This document shows, piece after piece, positions 25,164 through 35,000 of a stretch of 64,000 nt of DNA. This DNA comes from Streptosporangiaceae bacterium (lineage in GTDB: Bacteria; Actinomycetota; Actinomycetes; Streptosporangiales; Streptosporangiaceae): the NCBI GenBank assembly GCA_036502625.1, contig DASXYG010000032.1, positions 1,755 to 65,754 on the forward strand, given 5' to 3'. Both the position numbers and the translations under genes were made by a program. The stretch's first letter is position 1, and each line of letters opens with the position of its first letter. The notes beneath the pieces were generated by a model, which saw nothing but the letters and a program-made list of their open reading frames with translations, searched no databases and was not told the DNA's origin.

Positions 25164-26627
25164 CTACCAGGTGGTGGGCTTGGTCTTGTCCCACAGCCAG
25201 ACCTGGAAGAAGTTCCCGAGGTCCTGGTGGGTGACCCGCTCCGACAGCGCCACGAACTGCTCCGTCGTGCCGTTGCCGTACTTGTGCTGCGCGACCCAGT
25301 CACGCAGGATCGCGAAGAACTTCTTGTCGCCGACCTTGTGCCGCAGGGCCGCCAGCGTCATGCCGCCGCGGTCGTACACCGCGCCGGAGAACATGGTGTC
25401 CCGCTGCGGGTCCGCGATGGACTGGTTCCAGAACGCGTTGCCGGCCGCATAGTGGTCGTACGTCTTCTGGAAGTCCGCCCAGGTGGTCGCGCCGCCGGTG
25501 TGCTCGTCGTACAGGTTGGCGGCGAACGTCGCGAAGCCCTCGTTCAGCCAGATGTTCGCCCAGGTCTTCACCGACACGGCGTCGCCGAACCACTGGTGGG
25601 CGAGCTCGTGGGCGATCGTCCCGGTCTCGACGTTGTAGCCGTACAGCGGGCGCGTCTGCGTCTCCAGGGAGAACCCGACGTCGGGCACGGAGTCGACGAT
25701 CGCGCCGGTGGAGCTGAACGGGTACCTGCCGAACGTCTTCGACCAGTAGTCGGTCACGTCGTTCGTGGTCTTCATGATCCGGGAGCGGTCGGCGGCGGTG
25801 TACGCCGGGTCGAACGCGCTGAAGTTCCGGATGCCGGACGGCGTGCGGTCCGTCTCGAAGTTCCACTTGCCGATGTTGATGGTGGCCAGGTAGGTCGCCA
25901 TCGGCCGGTTCTCGTTCCACCGGAACGTGGCCTTGCCGCCGGACTTCGTCGCGCCCTGGTAGTCGCCGTTCGCGATCACCTTGCGGTCCTTCGGCACCGT
26001 GATCCGGTAGCTGAAGGTGGCCTTGTCGCCGGGGTGGTCGTTGGACGGGTACCAGGTGCTCGCCGCGTTCGGCTCGCAGCCGACGAACGCGCCGTCCTTG
26101 GTGTACTGCCAGCCGTAGTCGGAGCCGAACACGATCGGCGAGCCCTTGATCGTGACGGGCGTGCCGCCGTACGCGACCGCGACCCGGAAGGTGCGCCCGC
26201 GCGGCAGGCCGCGCGGCGGTGTGATCACCAGCTCCTGGCCCTGCTGGGCGAACGCCGCGCGCCGCCCGTCGACCGTCACGCCGCTCGCCTTCAGGTCCTG
26301 GAGGTCCAGGTCGAACCGGGACAGGTTCTGCGTGGCGCGCGCGGTGATGGTGGCCGTGCCCTGGAGGTGGTGGGTGTCCGGGGCGTAGGACAGGTCGAGC
26401 GCGTAGTGGCCGACGTCGTACCCGCCGTTGCCCTCGTCCGGGAAGTACGGGTCACCCATGCCGGGCGCGCCGGGGGTGTAGTGTCCGGCGCCGGCCGGCG
26501 CCGCGGCCGCGATCGCCGCCGTCGGTACGGTCGCGACAGCCAGGCCCGCGGCCATGCCGGTGACGAACAGTAAACGGGCGGTACGGACTTTCCTCATGGA
26601 CGTCCTCTCGTGTGCAGCCAAGTGCAC
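25164..26627 (-). CDS. Secreted M1-family zinc metallopeptidase (aminopeptidase N-like)
   Basis: HELAHQWFGDAV...WLNEGFATF (HEXXH-X18-E). Signal peptide MRKVRTARLLFVTGMAAGLAVATVPTAAIAAA, so the likely start is ATG at 26597. Confidence 0.9.
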   Translation of the reverse strand: MHLAAHERTSMRKVRTARLLFVTGMAAGLAVATVPTAAIAAAAPAGAGHYTPGAPGMGDPYFPDEGNGGYDVGHYALDLSYAPDTHHLQGTATITARATQNLSRFDLDLQDLKASGVTVDGRRAAFAQQGQELVITPPRGLPRGRTFRVAVAYGGTPVTIKGSPIVFGSDYGWQYTKDGAFVGCEPNAASTWYPSNDHPGDKATFSYRITVPKDRKVIANGDYQGATKSGGKATFRWNENRPMATYLATINIGKWNFETDRTPSGIRNFSAFDPAYTAADRSRIMKTTNDVTDYWSKTFGRYPFSSTGAIVDSVPDVGFSLETQTRPLYGYNVETGTIAHELAHQWFGDAVSVKTWANIWLNEGFATFAANLYDEHTGGATTWADFQKTYDHYAAGNAFWNQSIADPQRDTMFSGAVYDRGGMTLAALRHKVGDKKFFAILRDWVAQHKYGNGTTEQFVALSERVTHQDLGNFFQVWLWDKTKPTTW

Positions 26628-26657
26628 GAGAACTATTCGCGAGGTATGTCCGTGGTG

Positions 26658-26858
26658 TCAACAGATGTGCTTTGACATGCGAACGAACGCCCCCCAGGTG
26701 GGTCCACTGATGATGAGCGCACCGTGTGCGCGGTTCTTGGTGTCCCGGACTCCGACGGCACCGGCGCGTAGGACGGCGACCTCGACACAGTCGCCGGTCG
26801 AGCCGCTGTGACTCGATTTACGCCATCGGGTGTCGGATCCGCTCCCCGGATCGGTCAA
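26658..26858 (-). CDS. DUF397 (BldB-like) small protein
   Basis: WRKSSHSGSTGDCVEVAVL...VGVRDTKN is the DUF397 signature. A TTG start at 26858 overlaps the upstream stop and follows GGAGGAG. In frame with track ORF 26658-27782. Confidence 0.75.
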   Translation of the reverse strand: MTDPGSGSDTRWRKSSHSGSTGDCVEVAVLRAGAVGVRDTKNRAHGALIISGPTWGAFVRMSKHIC

Positions 26859-27670
26859 ATCTCCTCCATCGCGGCCCTGATCAGATCCGCGGAGATCTCC
26901 GGCGACAGTGCCTCCCCCAAGATGGCGTCGAACGCCGCGCTGGCCTGTCTCACCTCGTCCGGATCGTCGATGAGCCGTCCATGTGATCGCCCGTCGGCGT
27001 ACCCGACGGGCACCTGGTCGGTGAACTGCAGCAGGGTCAACGGACCGTCCAGCCCGGCGTGCGCGCCCGCCATGAACGGCAGGACCTGCACGACCACGTT
27101 GCGGCGCGGCGCGAGGAGCCGTTCGAACTGGCCGCGCGCGATGTCGCGCCCGCCGATCGGGCGGTGCAGCACCGCTTCGTCCAGCACCACGCGCAGGATC
27201 GGGCCGCCCGGGGTGCTGAGGATCTTCTGCCGGTCCATGCGGGCCTCCGCGGCCTGCTCGATCTCCGTCTCGGTCGCCACCACGCGCCCGGCGCGCATCA
27301 CGGCGCGCGCGTAATCGGGCGTCTGGAGCAGGCCGGGCACCACGCGCAGGTCGAAGACGCGGATGAGCACGGCCTCGGCCTCGAGATCGAGGTACGGGCG
27401 GAACCACTGCGGGTGGGACTCCGAGCTGACGAGCGTCCACAGGTTGGCGAGCGCGCCGCGCGCGTCGAGCACCCGGTCGGCGGCGTCGGCCAGCGCACGA
27501 GGCGGGGTGCGCTTGGCGTTCTCCACGAGGCCGACGAACGCGCCGGTGTAGTTGATCACCGCGCCGAGACCGTCCTGGGACAGCCCCGCGGCAAGCCGGT
27601 ACCTGCGCAGTTCGGCGCCGAAGAACGCGCCAATACTGGCAGTCGGGTCGAGCCGGGAGGGTTTCGGCAT
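26855..27670 (-). CDS. XRE-family HTH regulator with DUF5753-type C-terminal domain (WhiJ-like)
   Basis: FGAELRRYRLAAGLSQDGLGAVINYTGAFVGLVENAKRTP (HTH_31-like), then FRPYLDLEAEA, VVPGLLQTPDYARAV and RMDRQKIL. Confidence 0.8.
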   Translation of the reverse strand: MPKPSRLDPTASIGAFFGAELRRYRLAAGLSQDGLGAVINYTGAFVGLVENAKRTPPRALADAADRVLDARGALANLWTLVSSESHPQWFRPYLDLEAEAVLIRVFDLRVVPGLLQTPDYARAVMRAGRVVATETEIEQAAEARMDRQKILSTPGGPILRVVLDEAVLHRPIGGRDIARGQFERLLAPRRNVVVQVLPFMAGAHAGLDGPLTLLQFTDQVPVGYADGRSHGRLIDDPDEVRQASAAFDAILGEALSPEISADLIRAAMEEI

Positions 27671-27787
27671 GACGGATCAACCCCACACGTCGCGTTGGAA
27701 TCCCTAGCGGACAGTAACGTAACGGCGACGGTTTGAACACCGGTCGGCGGCCGACGATTCGCCCACTGAGCAGGGTAGGCATGGCCC

Positions 27788-28213
27788 ATGAGACTCGACG
27801 GGCCCGAGGCGCGGCGGCGCTTCGCCGGGGCCGAAGTCGCGCGGCTGGCGACGGTCGGCGCGGACGGCCTGCCGCACCTGGTGCCGGTGACGTTCGCGGC
27901 GCCCGGCCCGTACACGGTCGTCATCGGCGTCGACGACAAGCCGAAGACGACGCGGGACCTGCGGCGGCTGCGCAACATCGCGGCGAACCCGCGGGTCACG
28001 CTGCTGGCCGACCGCTACGACGCCGACTGGACGCGGTTGTGGTGGGCGCGCGCGGACGGCGCCGCCCGCGTCCTCACCGGCGGGCCCGCGCACGCGTCCG
28101 CGTGGGGGCTGCTGCGCGCCCGCTACCCGCAGTACGACGGCCGCGTCCAGGACGGCCCGGTGATCGCGGTGGACGTGGACCGCTGGACGGGATGGGCGTA
28201 CGGGCCTGGCTGA
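27788..28213 (+). CDS. PPOX-class (pyridoxamine 5'-phosphate oxidase-like) probable F420-dependent oxidoreductase
   Basis: ARLATVGADGLPHLVPVTF...DDKPK....LRRLRNIAANPRVTLLADRYDADWTRLWW fits the small split-barrel family. Confidence 0.75.
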   Translation: MRLDGPEARRRFAGAEVARLATVGADGLPHLVPVTFAAPGPYTVVIGVDDKPKTTRDLRRLRNIAANPRVTLLADRYDADWTRLWWARADGAARVLTGGPAHASAWGLLRARYPQYDGRVQDGPVIAVDVDRWTGWAYGPG

Positions 28214-28292
28214 CCGGCCCGGCGGCGCCGCCGGGTGCGATACCTGGCTACGCTGCTGGATCTGGAGCGGTGGCGGCGGATGGGGGAGCGGT

Positions 28293-28826
28293 ATGCGCAG
28301 GGCGCTCACTGCGGTGGCGGCGGTGCTCGCGGTGGTGCTCGTCGTGCTCGGCGCGGCCGGGCCCGCGTCCGCGCACAACGTGCTGGTCGGGAGCTCGCCG
28401 CACGACGGCGCGAAGCTCCGGCACGGGCCGCGCGCCGTCGTGCTCACGTTCAACCAGCCGGTGCAGCACGGCTACGACACGATCACCGTGACCGGCCCCG
28501 GCGGCGGGCGCTGGGAGGCCGGGGCCACCACGGTCGACGACCGGACGGTGCGGGTGCGCGTACGGCCGCTCGGCCCGGCGGGCGCGTACACCGTCGGCTA
28601 CCGCATCCTGTCCGCCGACGGCCACCCGGTGTCCGGCGAGCTCAAGTTCTCGCTGCGGACCGCGGGCACCGGAACCCCGTCGTCGCCGGGTCCGACCACG
28701 GCCGCGCAGGCCGCGAACGCCGACGGCGGGGGCGGCCTGGCCTGGCTGTGGATCGCGATCGTGGTGGTCATCGCGGTCGGCGCCGTCATCGCCCTCCTCC
28801 GCCGCGCACGCGACACCCCGTCATGA
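28293..28826 (+). CDS. copC: Copper resistance protein CopC (periplasmic Cu-binding domain with C-terminal TM anchor)
   Basis: Signal peptide ending ASAHNVLVGSSPHDGA, with the Cu-binding His directly after cleavage. Also YTVGYRILSADGHPVSGELKFSL. Confidence 0.85.
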   Translation: MRRALTAVAAVLAVVLVVLGAAGPASAHNVLVGSSPHDGAKLRHGPRAVVLTFNQPVQHGYDTITVTGPGGGRWEAGATTVDDRTVRVRVRPLGPAGAYTVGYRILSADGHPVSGELKFSLRTAGTGTPSSPGPTTAAQAANADGGGGLAWLWIAIVVVIAVGAVIALLRRARDTPS

Positions 28827-29905
28827 CCGACGAAGCGCCACCGCTCCCCGTCCCCGCCCCCGTCCCCGCGTCGTCGGATGGCGCGCGGGTGGCCGGGGGC
28901 GGCGAGGTTGCCGCGCGGTTCGAACCCGTGGTGGCGTACGCGGGGGCGGGGCTGGTCGCGGCGGTGGTGGCGACCGGGCTGATGGTGGGCGGGCGGGTGC
29001 CGGGCATCGCCGCGCCGGGGCCGCTCGTGGAGTACGGGCTGCCGGTGGCGCGGGTGCTGCTCGACGCCTCGGCGGTGGCCACCATCGGGCTGAGCCTGCT
29101 CGCCCGGCTGCTCGGCTACGACGCCCCGGACCGTACGGAACCGGTGATGCGCACCGCGCGGCGGCTGGCGTTCGTGTCCGCCGTCGCGTGGGTCGCGTGC
29201 GCGCTGATCGCCACCACGCTCCAGGCCGCCGAGGTGAACCCGGGTGTGCCGCTGACGCCGGGCGCGGTCGCCGCGTACGTCGGCGCCGTGGCCGGCGGCA
29301 AGGGCCTGATGCTCAGCGCCGGATGCGCGCTGGTCTGCGCGTTCTTCGGATGGCTCGCGCTGCGCCACGGCGAGAAGGTGCCCGCCGAGCTGCGGATCGG
29401 CATCGCGCTGTTCGGCCTGCTGCCGCTGCCCGTCACCGGCCACGCCAGCGACGGGGTCTACCACGACTACAGCATGATCTCCATGGAGCTGCACGTCGCG
29501 GGCGCGGCCGTGTGGACGGGCGGGCTGCTCGCCGTCGCCGTGCTCGTCGCGGCCCGGCCCGCGCTGCTGGAGCTCGCGCTGCCCCGGTTCTCCCGCCTGG
29601 CGTCCGCCGCGATCTTCGTGGTGGCCGCGACCGGCCTGTTCAACGGCCTCGTGGAGCTCGCGCTGACGCCCGGCGTGACGCTGCCGGGCGGGCTGCTGAC
29701 CACCGGCTACGGCGTGCTGGTCCTCGTGAAGGTCGCGCTGGTCGCGCTACTGGGCGGGCTCGGCGCGCACTTCCGGTTCCGGCTGCTGCCCGCCGTCGCC
29801 CGGGGCGGCCGGGCCGCCGTCTTCGGCTGGGCGTCCGGCGAGGTCGCCGTCATGGGGCTGGCGTACGGCGTGGGGTTCGTGCTCAGCCGCGCCCCGGTCG
29901 TCTGA
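28823..29905 (+). CDS. copD: Copper resistance protein CopD-family membrane protein
   Basis: ATG overlaps the copC stop (ATGA). It has about 8 TM segments and LPLPVTGHAS...MELHVAGAAVWTGGLL. In frame with track ORF 28235-29905. Confidence 0.8.
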   Translation: MTDEAPPLPVPAPVPASSDGARVAGGGEVAARFEPVVAYAGAGLVAAVVATGLMVGGRVPGIAAPGPLVEYGLPVARVLLDASAVATIGLSLLARLLGYDAPDRTEPVMRTARRLAFVSAVAWVACALIATTLQAAEVNPGVPLTPGAVAAYVGAVAGGKGLMLSAGCALVCAFFGWLALRHGEKVPAELRIGIALFGLLPLPVTGHASDGVYHDYSMISMELHVAGAAVWTGGLLAVAVLVAARPALLELALPRFSRLASAAIFVVAATGLFNGLVELALTPGVTLPGGLLTTGYGVLVLVKVALVALLGGLGAHFRFRLLPAVARGGRAAVFGWASGEVAVMGLAYGVGFVLSRAPVV

Positions 29906-29976
29906 GAACGGCGCCCACAGCCCGCCCCTGGCGTAGCGCGCGGCGGCGAGCCACGCGGCGGCGAACACGACGCAGG

Positions 29977-31005
29977 TCAGCGGCGCCGACCCGTACGCCA
30001 CCGCGGCGCGGCCGCGATCGCCGACTGGAGCGCCAGCCCGCCGTACACCGCGGCGGTCACCGCGACCGCACCGGCGACCGGCCGTACGTAGCGCGGCAAC
30101 CGGAGGAGGAACGCCAGATCGATCACGACCGCCCCGGCCAGCAGGAAGAACGGCACCGCGGACGTGGGGAACCCGGTGCCGGCGAGGATCGGCCAGATCA
30201 GGCAGCGGTAGGCGACGTACGCGGCCGCGATCGCGGTGGCCGTCCACCTGCGGCCGACGGACGCGCGGGCCAGCACCAGCACCAGCATCGCCCCGACGAC
30301 CGCGTAGAAGGGGTAGACCCACGACGGGATCGGCAGCGCGAAGTTCAGCAGCGACGCGCGGTCCACCGGGCGGCCGATCTGCTCGGCGGCGAACCGCAGC
30401 AGGCTCGGCTCGGCGAACGGATGGCCGCGGTCCCACGACGCGATCTCCAGCACGCCGTACTCCTGGTGGCCGTTCGGGAAGGAGACGTTCTCCAGGAAGA
30501 ACAGCCAGAACGCGCCGAGCACCAGCGTGGACGCGCGGCCGGGCGGCGCGCCGGCCCGCCAGCCGCGCACGACCCCCGCGATCATGATGCCGGTGCCGAG
30601 GAACAGCAGGAAGTGCGACGGGCTCCACGTCGTGATGTCCAGCCCGTTGACCTTGTGGTTGATCGCGTCGAGCGGCATCGCCACGAGGAAGACGCCCATG
30701 CCCCACTGGAGCAGCCGGATCGTCCGCCGGTCGCCGCCCATGCCGGTGTAGCCCTGGATGACGACCAGCACGACGGCGATGACCGTGCCGACGGTGTTCA
30801 GCAGGTGCGGCGGCGCGAGCTCGTCGCGCAGCCACTTGAAGTGCCACGAGATGTCCCAGCTCGCGCCGAGCACCTTGAGCGTGCACGCGGCCAGCCACCA
30901 GCGGTAGATCTCGGTGAAGACGTGCGGCGGGGTGGGCCGTCCGGGCGCGTGCCGCGACCAGTGCGCACGGAACAGGCCGACGCGGTAGCCGATGAACGAG
31001 GACAT
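29977..31005 (-). CDS. Integral membrane protein of unknown function
   Basis: 342 aa with about 9 hydrophobic segments, including WDISWHFKWLRDELAPPH. It lies 36 nt downstream of the esterase gene on the same strand. I recognise no family. Confidence 0.6.
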   Translation of the reverse strand: MSSFIGYRVGLFRAHWSRHAPGRPTPPHVFTEIYRWWLAACTLKVLGASWDISWHFKWLRDELAPPHLLNTVGTVIAVVLVVIQGYTGMGGDRRTIRLLQWGMGVFLVAMPLDAINHKVNGLDITTWSPSHFLLFLGTGIMIAGVVRGWRAGAPPGRASTLVLGAFWLFFLENVSFPNGHQEYGVLEIASWDRGHPFAEPSLLRFAAEQIGRPVDRASLLNFALPIPSWVYPFYAVVGAMLVLVLARASVGRRWTATAIAAAYVAYRCLIWPILAGTGFPTSAVPFFLLAGAVVIDLAFLLRLPRYVRPVAGAVAVTAAVYGGLALQSAIAAAPRWRTGRRR

Positions 31006-31041
31006 GAACGACGATTCTCCCGCAGATCGCCCGGTGTCCGT

Positions 31042-31938
31042 TCAGCGGGCCGCGGTCAGCTCGTGGGTGGCGGCGCTGATCCAGGCCTCCTCGTGCTCGT
31101 CCCAGAAGCCGTTGGTGTGCGCGCCGGGGTAGAAGGCGTAGACGTGCGGCACCTTCGCGGCGATCAGCTCGCGGTGCAACTGCTCGTTCTCGGGCACGAA
31201 ATGCGGATCCGCGTCGCCGACGTAGAAGGCGAAGTACGTCGGCCGGTATTTCGCGTACATCCGTTCCACGGAATCGACATAGTTGTGCAAATTCGCCTGG
31301 TGGTTGGCTTTGGCCGAGCCGAGGTCGAGGGGCGCCGAGCCGGACGGGTTCGTCGGCCGGAAGTAGCCGCTCCACGACTGGATCACCGAGTACGTAGCGG
31401 GATTGTGCAGGCCGATGCTGGTGGCGCCGTAGCCGCCGGCGGACAGCCCGATGATCGCGCGCCCGCGCCGGTCGCCGATGGTGCGGTAATGCCGGTCGAC
31501 GTACGCGACCAGCTCGTCGGCGGTGGCGGTCGCCCAGTCGCGGCCGGGCCCCCAGTCGAGCCATTCGGGGTCGGTGTCGCCGGGCCGCGCGCCCTGCGGC
31601 GACACCACGATCGCCGGGCGCCCGGACTCCTCGGCGGCCGCGCCGACGCTGTCGATCCGCTTCGTCTGGTAGCTCGTGGCGTCGCCCGGAAGGCCGTGCA
31701 GGAGGTAGATCACCGGGTAGCGCAGGGCGCCTGAGGAGTAGCCGCGCGGCAGGTAGACGCGGAAATGGTCGGTGCCCTTGAGCGCCGCCGAGGCGAACGC
31801 GCCGTCGCGCACCTGGGCGGGCGACGCCCGGCCCGTGGCCGTGGGCGGGGCGGCCGTGGCGTGTGCGCCGCAGGCCGAGGCGGCGGCGGCGAGCGCGAGC
31901 GCCGCGGCCAACGGGAGGAACTTCCACGTGCCGGTCAC
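31042..31938 (-). CDS. Lipoprotein esterase (putative-esterase / esterase D-like alpha/beta hydrolase)
   Basis: YLPRGY...YPVIYLLHGLPGD and IIGLSAGGYGA (nucleophile elbow). GTG at 31938 gives the lipoprotein signal TGTWKFLPLAAALALAAAASAC. The track ORF extends to a TTG at 31980. Confidence 0.75.
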   Translation of the reverse strand: MTGTWKFLPLAAALALAAAASACGAHATAAPPTATGRASPAQVRDGAFASAALKGTDHFRVYLPRGYSSGALRYPVIYLLHGLPGDATSYQTKRIDSVGAAAEESGRPAIVVSPQGARPGDTDPEWLDWGPGRDWATATADELVAYVDRHYRTIGDRRGRAIIGLSAGGYGATSIGLHNPATYSVIQSWSGYFRPTNPSGSAPLDLGSAKANHQANLHNYVDSVERMYAKYRPTYFAFYVGDADPHFVPENEQLHRELIAAKVPHVYAFYPGAHTNGFWDEHEEAWISAATHELTAAR

Positions 31939-31975
31939 TCCCGGACTTTCCCCGCGCGGCCCGCCCCGGCAATCG

Positions 31976-31997
31976 CGCAATTCGGCAATGAATTGCG
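31976..31997. promoter_or_regulatory. Palindrome CGCAATTC-N6-GAATTGCG in the AT-richer divergent esterase intergenic region
   Basis: Perfect 8-bp arms read directly from the sequence. The function is unknown. Confidence 0.3.
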
Positions 31998-32094
31998 GGA
32001 GGGGAGATTAACACGCCGATACGTGAATTTACCATCCGGGTCCCACACTGATTCTCGGGGACGTGTGGACGCCGAACGGTGACTGGGGGCGACC

Positions 32095-33327
32095 TTGATC
32101 GATCGCGGTAATGCGGGCGTGAATACGGCCGGCGGCTGGCGCGATATCCGGCTGCCCGGCCACCTGCTGCGCGAGCTCCACCGCGGATACGCGCCGCTGG
32201 AGTCACCGGCCGTCGGCTACGCGCTCGCCGCGGTGACGCTGGCGTTCGGCTGCACGTGGGCGGCGTTCTTCCTGTGGCGGCGGCGCGTACGGCCGCTGCG
32301 CCGCGCCTGGCCCGTGCACCTGGGCGGCAGCGTCGGCAGCGTCGTGCTGGTGCTGGCGACCGTGCTGGCGTTCGTCAACATCTACGCCGGCTACGCGCCC
32401 ACGCTCGCGTCGGTGCCGTCGATGCTGGGCGGCACGTCCGCGTCGGCGATCGCGGCGCGGTCCGGCGGCCGGCTGCGGACGCTGGTGATCGGCGCGCCCC
32501 GGCTGCGCATCGCGCCCCGCACCGCGTACGTCTACCTGCCGCGCGGCTACGACGCGCCGCGCAACCGCCACCGCAGGTACCCGGTCGTCTACCTGATCCA
32601 CGGCTACCCCGGCGGCGCGTACGACTGGCTGCGCGCCGGCCACCTGGCGACGATCATGGACAACCTGACGAGCGCGCGGCTGATCCCGCCGATGATCGCC
32701 GTCACGCCGGACGCCAACGGGTCGTGGTTCCACGACTCCGAATGCCTCAACCAGGTGCACGGGCCGCAGGTCGCCACGTACCTCACGCACACCGTGGTGG
32801 ACACCGTCCAGCACCGGTACCGCGCGCTGACCGCGCGCCGCGACCGGCTGTTCGGCGGCGCGTCGAGCGGCGGGTTCTGCGCGCTGAACATCGGGCTGCG
32901 CTACCAGGCGGAGTTCGGCGCGCTGCTGGCGTTCGAGCCGTACGGCACGCCGGGCGCGCCGCTGCAGCGGACGCTGCTCGGCGGCAGCGCGGCGCTGTAC
33001 CGGGCGAACTCGCCGAGCTCCTACATCCCGCACCTGCGCCTGCGCCACCGGGTCATCGCCTACCTCGACGCGGGCGGCGCGGCGCGACAGGACGTCGCCC
33101 GCGTGCGGCGGCTCGCGCGGATGCTCGCGGCGCGCGCCGACCCGGGCCGCACCGGCCGCTCCCGCCGCACCGTGGTCGCGTTCCGCGTGGTGCCGCACCA
33201 GACGCACACCTGGCGCGAGGCGGCCAACGGCCTGCCGTACGGGCTGGCGTTCGTCGCGCGCGAACTGCACCTGCGCACCACCGTGCCGCTGATCGAGGCC
33301 CAGCGGCGCGTGCGAACACGTCCGTAA
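32095..33327 (+). CDS. Membrane-anchored esterase-family alpha/beta hydrolase
   Basis: Two N-terminal TM segments, then YLPRGYDAPRNRHRRYPVVYLIHGYPGG and FGGASSGGFCAL. The start codon is uncertain; the longest ORF uses a TTG. Confidence 0.7.
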   Translation: MIDRGNAGVNTAGGWRDIRLPGHLLRELHRGYAPLESPAVGYALAAVTLAFGCTWAAFFLWRRRVRPLRRAWPVHLGGSVGSVVLVLATVLAFVNIYAGYAPTLASVPSMLGGTSASAIAARSGGRLRTLVIGAPRLRIAPRTAYVYLPRGYDAPRNRHRRYPVVYLIHGYPGGAYDWLRAGHLATIMDNLTSARLIPPMIAVTPDANGSWFHDSECLNQVHGPQVATYLTHTVVDTVQHRYRALTARRDRLFGGASSGGFCALNIGLRYQAEFGALLAFEPYGTPGAPLQRTLLGGSAALYRANSPSSYIPHLRLRHRVIAYLDAGGAARQDVARVRRLARMLAARADPGRTGRSRRTVVAFRVVPHQTHTWREAANGLPYGLAFVARELHLRTTVPLIEAQRRVRTRP

Positions 33328-33535
33328 AGTGTCGAATTTCGTGGTCCGCCGGTTTTGTTTGGATGGGCGTACGAGACTTCTTTGAAACCGTCCGGGCCGC
33401 TGGATTGTTGATCAAAGGGCTCGGGTAGTGATGTCTGCGGCAAGCGGCGAACTCGTCGGGGTCGAATAATTCTCATAATTGCCCGCCCGCGAACTGGGCC
33501 GGTAATTCGTATGCCCAAATTCCCTTCCTTACGGC

Positions 33536-34996
33536 GTGCTCGACCGGCAGAGATCACGGAACAGATTGGTGGTAAGCGCGGTGACCGAGTCAGTTCAGGC
33601 CAACACCGGTACGGGCGGCGACGACACGCGGCTCAGCCTCGGCACGTCGGCGGCGCGGAACCTGGCCACGACGACCAAGTCCGTCCCCCAGATGCAGGGC
33701 ATCACCTCGCGCTGGCTGCTGCGCGTGCTGCCCTGGGTGCAGGCGTCCGGCGGCGCGTACCGCGTGAACCGGCGGCTCAGCTACACCGTCGGCGACGGCC
33801 GGGTCACGTTCGTCAACACCGGCTCCGACATCCACGTCATCCCCCGCGAGCTGGGCGAACTGTCGCTGCTCCGCGGCTACGAGGACGAGGAGGTGCTCGG
33901 CGCCCTGGCCGACCGGTTCACCCAGCGGGAGTTCGCGCCCGGCGACCTGATCGTCCAGTCGGGCCAGGCCGCCGACTCCGTCTACCTGATCGCGCACGGC
34001 AAGGTCGACCAGGTCGGCACCGGCGAGTACGGCGACGACACCGTCCAGGAGACGCTCACCGACGGCCAGTTCTTCGGCACGAGCGCGCTCGTCGACGACA
34101 ACGGCACGTGGGACTACACCGTGCGCTCGGTGACGCCGACGACCGTCCTGACGCTCAGCCGCCAGGACTTCCGTACGATCGCCGACCAGGCCGAGTCGCT
34201 GCGCGAGCACCTGGTGCTCGCCGAGGCGAGCGAGGCCGTGGAGAGCAACGACCACGGCGAGGCGTCCATCGAGGTGGCGTCCGGCCACGACGGCGAGCCG
34301 GACCTCCCGGGCACGTTCGTCGACTACGAGGCGGCGCCGCGCGAGTACGAGCTGTCCGTCGCCCAGACCGTGCTGCGCGTCCACTCCCGCGTCGCGGACC
34401 TCTACAACGAGCCGATGGACCAGGTCGAGCAGCAGCTCCGGCTGACGATCGAGGCGCTGCGCGAGCGGCAGGAGCACGAGATCGTCAACAACGGCGACTT
34501 CGGCCTGCTGAACAACGCCGACCTGAAGCAGCGCATCACCACCCGCACCGGCCCGCCCACCCCGGACGACCTCGACGAACTGCTCTCGATCGTGTGGAAG
34601 GACCCGTCCGTCTTCCTGGCCCACCCGCGGACGATCGCCGCGTTCGGCCGCGAGTGCAACAAGCTGGGCGTCTACCCGGCCGCCACGGACATGGGCGGCC
34701 AGATGGTGCCGTCGTGGCGCGGCGTGCCGATCCTGCCGTGCAACAAGATCCCGGTCTCCGACACCCGCACCAGCTCGATCCTGCTGATGCGCACCGGCGA
34801 GGAGCGGCAGGGCGTCATCGGCCTGCACCAGACCGGCATCCCGGACGAGTACCAGCCGGGCCTGTCCGTACGGTTCATGGGCATCAACGAGAAGGCGCTG
34901 ATCTCCTACCTGGTCAGCGCGTACTACTCCTGCGCGATCCTGGTGCCCGACGCGCTCGGCGTGCTGGAGAACGTCGAGATCGGCCGCGAGGGCTGA
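33536..34996 (+). CDS. Family 2B encapsulin shell protein (EshA-like, with cNMP-binding-like domain), copy 1
   Basis: [49 protein letters not shown], a cNMP-like insert ([25 protein letters not shown]...), [66 protein letters not shown] and [15 protein letters not shown]. By analogy with copy 2, the probable start is GTG at 33581. Confidence 0.85.
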   Translation: MLDRQRSRNRLVVSAVTESVQANTGTGGDDTRLSLGTSAARNLATTTKSVPQMQGITSRWLLRVLPWVQASGGAYRVNRRLSYTVGDGRVTFVNTGSDIHVIPRELGELSLLRGYEDEEVLGALADRFTQREFAPGDLIVQSGQAADSVYLIAHGKVDQVGTGEYGDDTVQETLTDGQFFGTSALVDDNGTWDYTVRSVTPTTVLTLSRQDFRTIADQAESLREHLVLAEASEAVESNDHGEASIEVASGHDGEPDLPGTFVDYEAAPREYELSVAQTVLRVHSRVADLYNEPMDQVEQQLRLTIEALRERQEHEIVNNGDFGLLNNADLKQRITTRTGPPTPDDLDELLSIVWKDPSVFLAHPRTIAAFGRECNKLGVYPAATDMGGQMVPSWRGVPILPCNKIPVSDTRTSSILLMRTGEERQGVIGLHQTGIPDEYQPGLSVRFMGINEKALISYLVSAYYSCAILVPDALGVLENVEIGREG

Positions 34997-35000
34997 GCGG

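Noticed and set aside
33328-33580. A promoter or riboswitch call in the AT-richer region upstream of encapsulin copy 1 (CATAAT at about 33472-33477; AATAATTCTCATAATT)
   Set aside because: There is a -10-like hexamer, but no convincing -35 element at proper spacing and no recognisable riboswitch fold by eye. This is too weak to report as a feature without transcription start data.
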